From a virus: a stretch of 64,000 bases of DNA. The notes below the pieces were generated by a model. It worked only from the letters and a program-made list of their open reading frames with translations, searched no databases and was not told the DNA's origin. The translations under genes were made by a program, and so were the position numbers. The stretch lies in IMG/VR virus record IMGVR_UViG_3300027518_000006; one strand, 5' to 3'. Of the stretch, positions 8,527 through 17,612 are shown in pieces (position 1 is the first letter of the stretch; each line of letters starts with the position of its first letter).

Positions 8527-9923
8527 GTTATCCTCCTTATTTCTGCTCTTGCATTCATCTGCACTATGCTTGAAGACATTGCTACAGATCCTATTAATTG
8601 ACCCACAATAACTGTTGCAACAACAACTGTTTGTGATTCCTCTCTTTCTTCTTCTGTCATATCAGCACCCAATTGTCCAAGTGCTTCTAACACTTGTCCT
8701 GGATCTGATACAAACTCTCCTAATAAGGCCCCAGGGTCTGACAGTTGCTCAAATACAACTGCAACACCTGCTTCTAATTCAACACCTTCACGGTATTCAA
8801 TTATTTGATTTTCATCTAATTGTTCTAAAAATTCTAAAGTTTGCTCATCATTTAATCCTTCAATTAAATCTGCTACTGGCATTGCTTCATCTACTTCATA
8901 ATTTTCAATTAATAATTCTGCAATGTTTTCTAGTTGTTCATCTGTAATTTCTTCTTCATTAACCAATAGTTCTTCAATTGCATTATCCATTTCTTCTTCA
9001 ACTGCTATAATTTCTTCTATAGGAGTTGGTTCTGGTGAAGGTTCTAAAATTATTTCTATTTCCTCTTGCACTTCTTCTGGCACTTCTATTTCTGGTTCGT
9101 CAGTTGGTATCACAACAGGTTCTTCAGTTGGACCTAGATCAATTGGATCAGGATTTGGAATCTGAGTTTCTGTAGGACTTGGCTCTGGACTAGGCTCTAC
9201 TGTTTCTGTAGGCGTAGGAGTAGGGCTAGGGCTTTCTGTAGGTGTCTCTGTAGGTGTTGGTGTAGGACTTGGAGTTTCGGTAGGTGTTGGGGTAGGGCTT
9301 GGTGTAGCACCACCAGTTGACTCATAGATATATCTTGTATATTCATTTGAACCATTTAATCCAAATACAGTTCCTACTCTCCATCCACCGCAAATATTTC
9401 CAGTTCCACAATGACCAGTATGCCAAGATAAACGAAGTGAGCCATCATCTAAATTTCCACCCCATGCAGCATAAACATCTGCAGAATTTTGGTTAATAGT
9501 GCTATTAGGAGCAAATCCTAAAGAACCCATGCCTGTATTAAAATACCAATAGGAAGCGTTTTCTAATATAGTTTGATTAGACATATTTGGTTGAATGGTA
9601 AATACCATTTCTCTTTTACCAGCAGCAAGGAGCATTAAGTTTGAGTTGTTAGTTAGTCCACCAGCGTATAGAATATATTCTTGATCACAAGCAGTGGTTA
9701 TATTTGATAATAAATCAGTACCTCCATAAGTTCCAGACCAACACAGAGCCCATCCACCAGATTCAACTACAGATTTATCAACATTCTGTTGTGGTCCAGA
9801 TGGATAGTAAGATGGTGGGTCTTGAATAGAACTTGCGGGGGTAAAAGAAAAGAACAATGCTAATAACATTGGTGTCAAAAGCATTGCTCTTATTTTAAGT
9901 CTTTTGTTTTTAACCTTTCTCAC
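8523..9923 (-). CDS. Exported, membrane-anchored surface protein with Pro/Thr stalk and acidic region
   Basis: Signal peptide, ~165-aa Cys/Trp globular domain, [10 protein letters not shown] repeats, Glu-rich region, C-terminal hydrophobic segment. Confidence 0.7.
   Translation of the reverse strand: MRKVKNKRLKIRAMLLTPMLLALFFSFTPASSIQDPPSYYPSGPQQNVDKSVVESGGWALCWSGTYGGTDLLSNITTACDQEYILYAGGLTNNSNLMLLAAGKREMVFTIQPNMSNQTILENASYWYFNTGMGSLGFAPNSTINQNSADVYAAWGGNLDDGSLRLSWHTGHCGTGNICGGWRVGTVFGLNGSNEYTRYIYESTGGATPSPTPTPTETPSPTPTPTETPTESPSPTPTPTETVEPSPEPSPTETQIPNPDPIDLGPTEEPVVIPTDEPEIEVPEEVQEEIEIILEPSPEPTPIEEIIAVEEEMDNAIEELLVNEEEITDEQLENIAELLIENYEVDEAMPVADLIEGLNDEQTLEFLEQLDENQIIEYREGVELEAGVAVVFEQLSDPGALLGEFVSDPGQVLEALGQLGADMTEEEREESQTVVVATVIVGQLIGSVAMSSSIVQMNARAEIRRIT
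9180..9305 (-). repeat. Tandem Pro/Thr/Ser/Glu coding repeats ([10 protein letters not shown] x~3)
   Basis: Visible gtaggtgttggtgtagg repeats in DNA. Confidence 0.8.
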
Positions 9924-9979
9924 TCCAAGGCAATATATGCCTAGTTACATTATACTTTACTATTAAATAAAGTTATGTA

Positions 9980-10369
9980 TTATGAGTTAAGAATTGTTGT
10001 TGGATCTATATCTTTTCCTGCTGACCAACGAATGTTGTCACGCATTTCAAAATGTAAGTGTGGACCAGAAGAGTTTCCTGTATTTCCACTTAGTCCAATT
10101 GCTTGTCCTTTAGTTACCTTGTCTCCAGGCTTTACATCTAGTTTAGAAAGATGTGCATAAATTACCCATCCACCTTCAACTTTTTGTACTGCTTGAGTTC
10201 CGTATGATTTGCCCCAGTTGGCAGGTTCAATTTTTCCGTCTGCAACAGCAAGAACAGGTGTTCCTGTTTTTACAGCAAAATCAACTCCTGTGTGATAACC
10301 CTTGGACCACATCTTGCCAAGTTTTTTGTAAGGTGTTGTAATTTTTCCATCTTTGATTGGTAATCCCAT
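9980..10369 (-). CDS. M23 family peptidase (stand-alone)
   Basis: HTGVD, YAHLS, G.SGNTGNSSGPHLHFE. Confidence 0.92.
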   Translation of the reverse strand: MGLPIKDGKITTPYKKLGKMWSKGYHTGVDFAVKTGTPVLAVADGKIEPANWGKSYGTQAVQKVEGGWVIYAHLSKLDVKPGDKVTKGQAIGLSGNTGNSSGPHLHFEMRDNIRWSAGKDIDPTTILNS

Positions 10370-10391
10370 TTATATCTCCTAATAAATAAAA

Positions 10392-10419
10392 TAGAGGGGA
10401 AGATTTCTCAACCCCTCTA
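10392..10419 (-). terminator. Intrinsic terminator after ssb
   Basis: TAGAGGGG...CCCCTCTA stem followed by T-rich tract on minus strand. Confidence 0.65.
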
Positions 10420-10436
10420 ATTATTATACTATCTAA

Positions 10437-10859
10437 TTACAACCAAGGATCTGGTTCATTAGAGGTATTTACTGTTGTTGTATTTGAAGATGTTTCCCAA
10501 GGATTGTTAGATCCATCTTTTTTTGCTGTTTTAGAATAAAGTGCAAGACCAACGTCACTTGCTTCAATTTCATAAGCATGTCCATTAGTACCATCACTCT
10601 TTTTAAATTCATGGTATTTAATTTTACCTTGAACGATAACCTTATCACCCTTTTTAAGTGAGGAAGCCATATATTTTCCTAGACTTCTCCATGCAGATAC
10701 ATTATAAAATGCTGTATCTCCGTCTTTCCAACCGCCCTTGCCATCTGGCATACGGTCTGTACATGCAACACGAATATTTGTTACATTTTTATCTGGTCCA
10801 AACTCTTTTGACTCTGGATCTCTTACTAGATTACCCACAATAGTTGTTACTGCTGGCAT
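10437..10859 (-). CDS. ssb: Single-stranded DNA-binding protein, bacterial (actinobacterial) type
   Basis: TIVGNLVRDPE, FYNVSAWR.L, SLKKGDKVIVQG, C-terminal DPW. Confidence 0.9.
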   Translation of the reverse strand: MPAVTTIVGNLVRDPESKEFGPDKNVTNIRVACTDRMPDGKGGWKDGDTAFYNVSAWRSLGKYMASSLKKGDKVIVQGKIKYHEFKKSDGTNGHAYEIEASDVGLALYSKTAKKDGSNNPWETSSNTTTVNTSNEPDPWL

Positions 10860-10882
10860 ATCTTACCTTCTCTCTTCTCTGA

Positions 10883-11128
10883 TTATTTATCTTTGTATGT
10901 TACATCTAGAATAGGGTCTAAAGAAACCCTTGCTCCTAGTTTTTCCAAAGCACCCTTTACCTTTTGTAGGTATTGAATGCACTGAAATCTTTCTGCGTCA
11001 GTGTAATGTCTCCACTGGCTCTCATAGAATTGTATCGTAAGAAAGGCATCATAGTCAAGTATGTCTATTTTAAATTCTTTTGGAATCTTGAATGTTCTTA
11101 CTGCTCTTTTCATTTGATCTGTATACAT
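10883..11128 (-). CDS. Hypothetical protein
   Basis: ORF tiles with neighbours. Confidence 0.6.
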   Translation of the reverse strand: MYTDQMKRAVRTFKIPKEFKIDILDYDAFLTIQFYESQWRHYTDAERFQCIQYLQKVKGALEKLGARVSLDPILDVTYKDK

Positions 11129-11409
11129 TATGAACTCTCTATTACTGCACCAGACCAGGTATTAAACCAGTCTTCTTTTGTTTTATGTGAGTTAAATTCT
11201 TTAGATATTTTGCCACCTTCAAAATATATGCCTCCCCATACACCCCACTCTTGATTACTAACAGCATAAGCCAAACACTGTCTTTGTGCTGGACATGTAA
11301 CACATAAAGAGTCAACAGTTTTTGCAATATTTTTATTTTCTTCATACTTATCAAAAAATAAATTTGTATCCATATTTAGGCATAAAGCCTTATCGTTAAA
11401 CTTGTACAT
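11128..11409 (-). CDS. whiB: WhiB-family Fe-S transcription factor
   Basis: ALC...D..LFF, CVTCP...QCL..A, WGVWGG. Confidence 0.93.
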   Translation of the reverse strand: MYKFNDKALCLNMDTNLFFDKYEENKNIAKTVDSLCVTCPAQRQCLAYAVSNQEWGVWGGIYFEGGKISKEFNSHKTKEDWFNTWSGAVIESS

Positions 11410-11617
11410 GTGCTATAAACCTATCTGGAATATTCCATACACCGTGATCTATCATTTCAAACTTATATTTAGTCATCCATCTATCATTTTTGAATATACC
11501 ATTTTTAGTATAGTACCCATCATCATCTGTATAAATTATAACTGTCCAATTATCCCATTCAAAATTAGGATTAGACTTTACTATTGATTCCATTTTATCA
11601 AAACTATTCACTATCAT
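11396..11617 (-). CDS. Hypothetical protein
   Basis: ORF tiles with neighbours. Confidence 0.55.
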   Translation of the reverse strand: MIVNSFDKMESIVKSNPNFEWDNWTVIIYTDDDGYYTKNGIFKNDRWMTKYKFEMIDHGVWNIPDRFIAHVQV

Positions 11618-11912
11618 ATTCTATTTCCTCCATTAATTCTACACTTGAATTATTTATATATATGTATGTAATCATAACTAAAAATATTTGATATATAGGT
11701 ATTAATACAAATCCTAATTGCTTTGTAACAAGTCCATATGCAAATAGTGTTATTTGACTAAGTATGAATGATGTTACTATAGAAGAAAATAGTAGTATAT
11801 TCCCTCTACCCCCAAAAACTGCTAGGCTCATACAGGTAAAAAAAATAATTTGTGTGAACAATATTATTATTGACCAAGTATTAAGACTAATATCTAAAAA
11901 TTCCAACTTCAC
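11604..11912 (-). CDS. Hypothetical membrane protein
   Basis: Three hydrophobic segments. Confidence 0.5.
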   Translation of the reverse strand: MKLEFLDISLNTWSIIILFTQIIFFTCMSLAVFGGRGNILLFSSIVTSFILSQITLFAYGLVTKQLGFVLIPIYQIFLVMITYIYINNSSVELMEEIEYDSE

Positions 11913-12234
11913 AACTTTCTACTAGTTCTGCTTGTTTGGCAAGTCTTGACAAAGATTCTTTAGGTGCACTAAAAAAAGCAAAGTAATTAACGTAAGATAA
12001 ATTATCTGCTACCCAAAATGTTGGTGCTTTTGAAAACTTAATCTTAAACCCTTTTTGTTTTAAAAAATTTTCTGATGAATTACAAAAGGCAGCGGTAAAA
12101 CTATTTATAGTATGTGGTCCAGCAGACCATATTGTTATTTCAGATTCAGTATTATTAGTTAAAGCAACTCCCATTGCTCTCATAAATATATCATAATCAG
12201 AAAAGGACTTAGTCCCTTCTACGGCAATAATCAT
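11887..12234 (-). CDS. SLOG/YspA-like protein (tentative)
   Basis: IIAVEGTKSFSDY start resembles YspA-type IVxGSRxFxDY. Confidence 0.4.
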   Translation of the reverse strand: MIIAVEGTKSFSDYDIFMRAMGVALTNNTESEITIWSAGPHTINSFTAAFCNSSENFLKQKGFKIKFSKAPTFWVADNLSYVNYFAFFSAPKESLSRLAKQAELVESCEVGIFRY

Positions 12235-12241
12235 TTTAGTT

Positions 12242-12454
12242 TTACTTTCTTTCTGTAAGTGAATCTAAGATCTTTAATAAATTCTTTGCTTCTTTATTTG
12301 ACAATGAAAATACATCTATCTTTTTTGCATTATCGGTATCTATCTCGCCTGACTCGTTTATCTCTGCTACATAAAAAGTATTATCATGTACCCAATAAGC
12401 ATTTTTATCAACGATAGCAACATTAACACTATCTTTATTTAAAAATTTGTGCAT
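12242..12454 (-). CDS. Hypothetical protein
   Basis: Probable start MHKFLN; the track's longer N-terminus overlaps a better ORF. Confidence 0.55.
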   Translation of the reverse strand: MHKFLNKDSVNVAIVDKNAYWVHDNTFYVAEINESGEIDTDNAKKIDVFSLSNKEAKNLLKILDSLTERK

Positions 12455-12473
12455 TTGGGAAAACTTTTTACCT

Positions 12474-12629
12474 TTATTTATTTTTTGAAATAGACTCTTC
12501 TCTAAATTTTGAAAGTTCTCTTTCTGATATGATCTTGTATGATAAAAATTCATATTCAAGTTGAGAGCATTTAGAGCGATAATACTGAAGCAAAGATTGT
12601 AAAATTTCAGGAGATTCTTCACTATTCAT
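12474..12629 (-). CDS. 51-aa coiled-coil-like protein (not in ORF track)
   Basis: MNSEESPEILQSLLQYYRSK...; follows TATAAT and AAAGGG SD. Confidence 0.5.
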   Translation of the reverse strand: MNSEESPEILQSLLQYYRSKCSQLEYEFLSYKIISERELSKFREESISKNK

Positions 12630-12655
12630 CACTGTCCCTTTCTATTATATATATT

Positions 12656-13582
12656 CTACAGGTCGTAGTCTGTTTTGTCAATATATTTTTGTAAACTAAA
12701 TGGAGAATCTATCCATACCCCATCAGATTTTTGTGATCTAATATTCATAATTGCATTTCTTTTTGATTTAGCCCATGCATATCCTGAATCTCCACCCCAT
12801 AGAAGCCATGCAATTTTTCCATTAGATGGTCTTTCTGAATTGTTAAAATCTTTACCTTGTTTGTCTACTTCGTGACGAGAAAAGAAAGAATACATTCTTA
12901 GTACTGTACTTGGACTTAATTTATTTCTATTCATAAGATCACGAGCACGAGCAACTCCAACTGCTGTACCACCACGACCAAATTTTCTTCTTAATTCTAA
13001 ACCTCTACGAGCATTATTTGCCATCGACTCTGTTGGTCTTAAATCTAAATCTTCTAAAGATCTTTTAGACATTTCGTCTTCCATGTCCATAGAACTTTCC
13101 ATATCATCCATGTTAATATCTGAGTCATCGTTTCCTACGGTTACATACCCATCTGGTATTACTGCAAATCTGCAAGCACCCTCTTCTTCAATTGGCATAT
13201 CTAATATGAGACATGCTACAGATGATTTATGCAATGCACAGTTTCCACAGTTTACTCCTATAGAATTATTTTCATTATTTGCACCATCTACATACCCAAC
13301 CCAAATTCCTTCTGCTTTATCAAGGGGTCCTGCCTCTTGTGCTAATTTTATTAATGAATCTGCAAGCATTCTTTCTGCGTCTGACAATTCATCGTATAGT
13401 GGCTTTCCTTCCCACTCTTGTACTTCATCTACTTTTTTACTATTTGCTTCTGCTGCATACAATGCACGTTGTTGATTAATAGCAGAACTTCTAGTTTTGT
13501 GACAACCTATGGCGCCTGATGGTCCAACTACGGCATAGCCGCCATTGCATCCTGGACCGTTTCTTATAATATCGTAAGGCAT
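12656..13582 (-). CDS. Three-domain phage protein with 4-Cys motif
   Basis: N-terminal GCH..R..A..Q..ALY domain; C-x2-C-x8-C-x12-C; C-terminal ARRGL..R...GRGGT..GVARA...RM.SFF.RH...AW.LWGG domain. Confidence 0.7.
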   Translation of the reverse strand: MPYDIIRNGPGCNGGYAVVGPSGAIGCHKTRSSAINQQRALYAAEANSKKVDEVQEWEGKPLYDELSDAERMLADSLIKLAQEAGPLDKAEGIWVGYVDGANNENNSIGVNCGNCALHKSSVACLILDMPIEEEGACRFAVIPDGYVTVGNDDSDINMDDMESSMDMEDEMSKRSLEDLDLRPTESMANNARRGLELRRKFGRGGTAVGVARARDLMNRNKLSPSTVLRMYSFFSRHEVDKQGKDFNNSERPSNGKIAWLLWGGDSGYAWAKSKRNAIMNIRSQKSDGVWIDSPFSLQKYIDKTDYDL

Positions 13583-13588
13583 AATAAA

Positions 13589-13597
13589 ATTATATCA
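13589..13597 (-). promoter_or_regulatory. Extended -10 TGATATAAT, leaderless start
   Basis: 6 nt to ATG at 13582. Confidence 0.6.
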
Positions 13598-13963
13598 CTA
13601 CTCTTTCATATCTTTTTCACGTTTTTGTAACAGATTTTCTAAAAAGAATCTTTCTTCTTCAGGCAGGGTATACATAACAGACCTTGTATATTCTATATCT
13701 TTAGGCATAACCATTGGAGTACCGTCTTTATCAAAGGTCAAGTCTATTATGTCTTTTGACCATAGTCTAAATGCTAATTCATTGATCATCTTAAAATGCT
13801 CTTCAAATAAGTCTGGCATTATTTCTTGGCACTTAGGTGTTAGGTTATATATAAATTGATTGCTAATAGAGTCATACCCTCTAATTTCTAATGCTCCCAT
13901 CTCTATTAACTGCAAAATAATGTTTGAGAGATCTTCTTCATTTACATACTCTTCATCAGACAA
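13598..13963 (-). CDS. Hypothetical protein
   Basis: ORF tiles downstream of terminase. Confidence 0.6.
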   Translation of the reverse strand: MSDEEYVNEEDLSNIILQLIEMGALEIRGYDSISNQFIYNLTPKCQEIMPDLFEEHFKMINELAFRLWSKDIIDLTFDKDGTPMVMPKDIEYTRSVMYTLPEEERFFLENLLQKREKDMKE

Positions 13964-15731
13964 GTCGGTACCCTCCGTTCCAATTTAGGGAACTACCTTT
14001 AATCTTGTCTGGGAAAAAATCATCTGCATTGTCTGAGTCAGTTCCGCCCTGAGACCAAGTATGTATATCTATTTCTTTAACTCTATTTCTTTCGGTATTT
14101 GATATAGAGTTATAAACTGATCCACACATAGCGTCAGCCAAATCTTTAGACTTCTTTCTAGGATGGTCTACACGATTTCCTATAATTCTAAGTTCTAATA
14201 GTTCTTCTAATAATATATCTATATGAGGTGCTATCAGTCTTTCTTCATAAAAAAGCATAGTTAAGTCTTCATAATGTTTCTTTGCTACTGATAAGGTTTC
14301 AGTCTTTATTCCTACCTGTTTTAATTCTTGTTGTATATCAAAAGATTGCCACCTATCAAAAGTAACTAATCCTAAATTAAAACCCTGCCTTCTTAAATCA
14401 ATAATCCAATTTTTTACCTCACTAAGATCAACTGGTCCTTCTCTAAGTGGCTCCCACCAAGCAATTGCGTCTACAACAACAAATGGAACAATTTGTTCAT
14501 AATCATTAAATGATTGAACACTTACCCACTTGTCTACGTGACTAATTGCAACTGCACATTTATCATGCTTTTGTGCAAGATCTGCATGAACGTAATAAAC
14601 TGTATCTGGGTTTGGTTTAAAGTTTATATCGAATCTTCTGGCATTATCTAAAGGATTTCTATTTGACAAACCTTTTTCTATTTTTTCTCTAGACTTAAAA
14701 AAAGCATCTGATGAAGTTGTTGGCATACAAGCAAAACGCATAAGTGCATCTGCTGGATCTGTAAAAAATGCTAACTTAAAATCTTCTATCTTTCTGGTTG
14801 GATTCATTTCCCATGTTGGCCTACGTAAGGCAAATACTCCAGGGTACTTATAAGACTCAATGTGATCTTCTTCCCACTCTACCTCAAACTTATTGTTTAT
14901 ATCTTCTTCACTTAGTGTTGGATTAATTGTAAATTGATGCTTTCTAATTATTGTTTGTTTGTCTGCAACAACATCTTCATATCTTTTAGAAATAAAGTCA
15001 CCTTTAAATCTTGGAAACGACAGTAGTATAACTTTACCAAAGTCTGGAAAGCGTGAGTCTACAGACCCTCTAAAGGCCTTGTAAAGGTTATCTGAGGTCT
15101 TTCCTTGATCATTACCACCAGCACTCTCCATTGCAAAACCTGAAATTTCATCAAGAACTGCAAGCATTAAGTTTAATCCTTCAGCAGACTCTCTTTCGGA
15201 ATGTCCAGAATAAACTGTAATAGATTTATTAAACTCTATGTTATCTACTTTTGCTTCATACTTTCCAGCAAACCAAGGAGATCCTTCAATCTTTGATTTA
15301 AAACCTTTAAAGAATACGTTCTTTGCTTGCTGAGCGTTTACCGCCACGTTAATTAAATCTATAGCATCGTTAGATGGTTTACCAAAATATCTTGATGGAT
15401 CTTTTAAACATAATAGTTTATATACAATATAAGCACAACCAATAGTGGAAGTATGATCTTTACCACTACCCTTTCCACACATAAGAATAACTTCTTGCTT
15501 AGTATATTTTTTGTAATGTTCTTTTCCTTCTTCTTTACCCAACCATCTTTGAACATCTTCTTCTTTATATATCTGACTCATACACTCTACGAGGGTATAT
15601 TGATAGTCTGATAACTCTGGTTGATTTAAATAGTCTTTACTCATAACAAATGTTTTAACATCTACTGGTAGTTCTAAAAAAGGACTTTCATCTAGTGCTT
15701 CTATAAAGTCACTAAAATCAATCGTTGTCAA
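13956..15731 (-). CDS. terL: Terminase large subunit
   Basis: Walker A GKGSGKD, Walker B AVLDE, nuclease HADLA, TFDRWQS, DHP...SKDLADA. Confidence 0.92.
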   Translation of the reverse strand: MTTIDFSDFIEALDESPFLELPVDVKTFVMSKDYLNQPELSDYQYTLVECMSQIYKEEDVQRWLGKEEGKEHYKKYTKQEVILMCGKGSGKDHTSTIGCAYIVYKLLCLKDPSRYFGKPSNDAIDLINVAVNAQQAKNVFFKGFKSKIEGSPWFAGKYEAKVDNIEFNKSITVYSGHSERESAEGLNLMLAVLDEISGFAMESAGGNDQGKTSDNLYKAFRGSVDSRFPDFGKVILLSFPRFKGDFISKRYEDVVADKQTIIRKHQFTINPTLSEEDINNKFEVEWEEDHIESYKYPGVFALRRPTWEMNPTRKIEDFKLAFFTDPADALMRFACMPTTSSDAFFKSREKIEKGLSNRNPLDNARRFDINFKPNPDTVYYVHADLAQKHDKCAVAISHVDKWVSVQSFNDYEQIVPFVVVDAIAWWEPLREGPVDLSEVKNWIIDLRRQGFNLGLVTFDRWQSFDIQQELKQVGIKTETLSVAKKHYEDLTMLFYEERLIAPHIDILLEELLELRIIGNRVDHPRKKSKDLADAMCGSVYNSISNTERNRVKEIDIHTWSQGGTDSDNADDFFPDKIKGSSLNWNGGYRLV

Positions 15732-16239
15732 TTACAATCACCTCAGTTTGAATTTCAGAAAGACGTTTCATTATCTCTTCCCTAATTTCTGGATGGCTTG
15801 AAGCAATATCCTTTAATATCTTTATTAATATGTCATGCTTTCTTTCCATTTCAATAATTTGTTCTGCTATTTCTTTATTATCTAACAACCCCGCTTTTTG
15901 CAGCATCTCAAGTCTCTTGCTTTCAATGTCTGCTATCAGTTTGATAGCGGTTGTTTTTGCTGTTAGGTTTGCACTAGAATCTGCAGCATCTATAACCTCA
16001 TATGTTTTTCTAATTAAAGATGAGTAGTGTTGATCTGCTCCAGCAAGTGCTTCTTTTGCTCTTGCGTGAATTGCTTGATTGTTTGAAACCATAGAGCGCC
16101 AGTCATTAAGTAATGCCATAACTCTTGGACGTGGAATGTCTAAAGTGTTTGAAATTTGAGAAGCATCAAAGCCTTTTAGGTACTCAGAAGCAACTTGGTT
16201 TACAAGGTCTAAGTGTTTTACTAAATCATCTGTTGTCAT
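15718..16239 (-). CDS. Terminase small subunit candidate
   Basis: N-terminal HTH (SQISNTLDIPRPRV), helical C-terminus, directly upstream of terL. Confidence 0.55.
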   Translation of the reverse strand: MTTDDLVKHLDLVNQVASEYLKGFDASQISNTLDIPRPRVMALLNDWRSMVSNNQAIHARAKEALAGADQHYSSLIRKTYEVIDAADSSANLTAKTTAIKLIADIESKRLEMLQKAGLLDNKEIAEQIIEMERKHDILIKILKDIASSHPEIREEIMKRLSEIQTEVIVIDND

Positions 16240-16561
16240 CTAATGTCCTTAATAATACGAGGTATCCAATAAGATCTAAAATAGTATCCTCTGATGCATA
16301 TTCTTTACCTTTATGTATTCTATTAAGTTTATCATCAATACGAATATATAATTGCTCTTTAGGATCAGATTTACTAAATATATTAATAGGATGGCTATAT
16401 GAACTACCATATGATTTATTCTTAGTTATTAATAACTCTGCTATATCAAGACATTCTTCTAATATTTTTCTACCCGCAGGTGCTTGAGTTGAGACATCAC
16501 GAATGAATTTCATTCTATCTTCAAGTTCTTTTTCAAAGTTTGGAGTTTTATATTCTGCCAT
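16226..16561 (-). CDS. DUF1599 / nucleotide-modification-associated domain-like
   Basis: KNKSYG.S, RIDDKLNRI, EDTILDLIGY. Confidence 0.75.
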   Translation of the reverse strand: MAEYKTPNFEKELEDRMKFIRDVSTQAPAGRKILEECLDIAELLITKNKSYGSSYSHPINIFSKSDPKEQLYIRIDDKLNRIHKGKEYASEDTILDLIGYLVLLRTLDDNR

Positions 16562-16563
16562 AA

Positions 16564-16713
16564 TTACCTCTTTGACTTTCTAAGACCAAACTTGGCAAGA
16601 TACACATATATTGTTTCAACAGACGCCCCACATTCTTTTGCAATTTGCTCTGGTGTTTTTTTATCAACTTGATACCTTTTCGTTAGCCAAGCCTTACTTG
16701 TATACAGTTTCAT
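16564..16713 (-). CDS. 49-aa HTH protein (not in ORF track)
   Basis: WLTKRY..DKKTPEQIAKECGASVETIYVYLAKFGL. Confidence 0.7.
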   Translation of the reverse strand: MKLYTSKAWLTKRYQVDKKTPEQIAKECGASVETIYVYLAKFGLRKSKR

Positions 16714-16740
16714 TTTATCATTATCCCTGAGACTTGTCAA
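16712..16740 (-). promoter_or_regulatory. Near-consensus promoter TTGACA-17-(TGA)TAAAAT
   Basis: -35 at 16735-16740, -10 at 16712-16717. Confidence 0.55.
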
Positions 16741-17338
16741 CATTTTTAGGTTCTTCTGCTAACTTAAACCAATTGTTACTTGAATACCAACCCATTGCGA
16801 CTGCGTCAGCAACATCGTCATCATCTATATCTGTATCAAAATTTATGTTTACCCATTTAATAGTTCTTTCTTTTCTAAACTCTCTTTCTTTTTGCTTATA
16901 CCAAGAAAATGAGTGATCTCCTGGGTTATCTTCTCTGATTTTTAATTTTTCATCTTTAGTAAGTTTTTTATTACCAATCCAATTTTGCCAAGCAACTGGA
17001 GAACAAGAAACTACTGGTCTAGATTCATACATTTGAACTGAACCAATAATAGCACCTTGAACCAATGCTAAGTTCATAGCAGTTTTTTGAGAGTTAGTAT
17101 ATATTGCTGACTCAATAACAACAGCATCAATGTTAAAATCTTTAAGAAATGGTATTAATTTTTTACAAGCGTCTCCTGCTTTTTCGTACACATGCTTTCC
17201 ACTAAAATTAATTTTTCCATACTTATGTAATTTTTTATCTACAAATATAGAAAAAGCCATAGAATTGGTTGAAGCATCTATCGCTAAAATTTTACTTGGA
17301 AGTCCTATGCTTAATAATCTATTCTTTTTCATAATCAA
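16721..17338 (-). CDS. RuvC-like Holliday junction resolvase
   Basis: ILAIDAS, VVIES, DDDVADAVAMG. Confidence 0.85.
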   Translation of the reverse strand: MIMKKNRLLSIGLPSKILAIDASTNSMAFSIFVDKKLHKYGKINFSGKHVYEKAGDACKKLIPFLKDFNIDAVVIESAIYTNSQKTAMNLALVQGAIIGSVQMYESRPVVSCSPVAWQNWIGNKKLTKDEKLKIREDNPGDHSFSWYKQKEREFRKERTIKWVNINFDTDIDDDDVADAVAMGWYSSNNWFKLAEEPKNVDKSQG

Positions 17339-17612
17339 AATAATCCTTAATATCTTTAATAAATTTGTCTACTTTTTTGTTATTAACCAAACAAGAATTA
17401 CAAAATGTTGCATCGTTATAGGCACTTAACAAGGTTCCGCATCCTCCAGCACATCTTCTTTCTTTTCCAAATCTACTTTTAAATTTAGACATCTGGTATC
17501 TTTGTGTAATTTTTTGTTTTGTAGCATTAGTTCTACAATCAACAGAGCAATATATTTGATTCTTACTTTTTGTAAAAAAATCTTTTTCGCACCACTGACA
17601 TATTTTGTTCAT
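17319..17612 (-). CDS. Zinc-finger protein
   Basis: CQWC..F....NQIYCSVDC; CAGGC; CNSC. Confidence 0.65.
   Translation of the reverse strand: MNKICQWCEKDFFTKSKNQIYCSVDCRTNATKQKITQRYQMSKFKSRFGKERRCAGGCGTLLSAYNDATFCNSCLVNNKKVDKFIKDIKDYFDYEKE

Noticed and set aside
12455-12622. N-terminal half of the track's 126-aa ORF 12242..12622
   Set aside because: Overlaps a better-signalled 51-aa ORF (12474-12629); two genes are more likely
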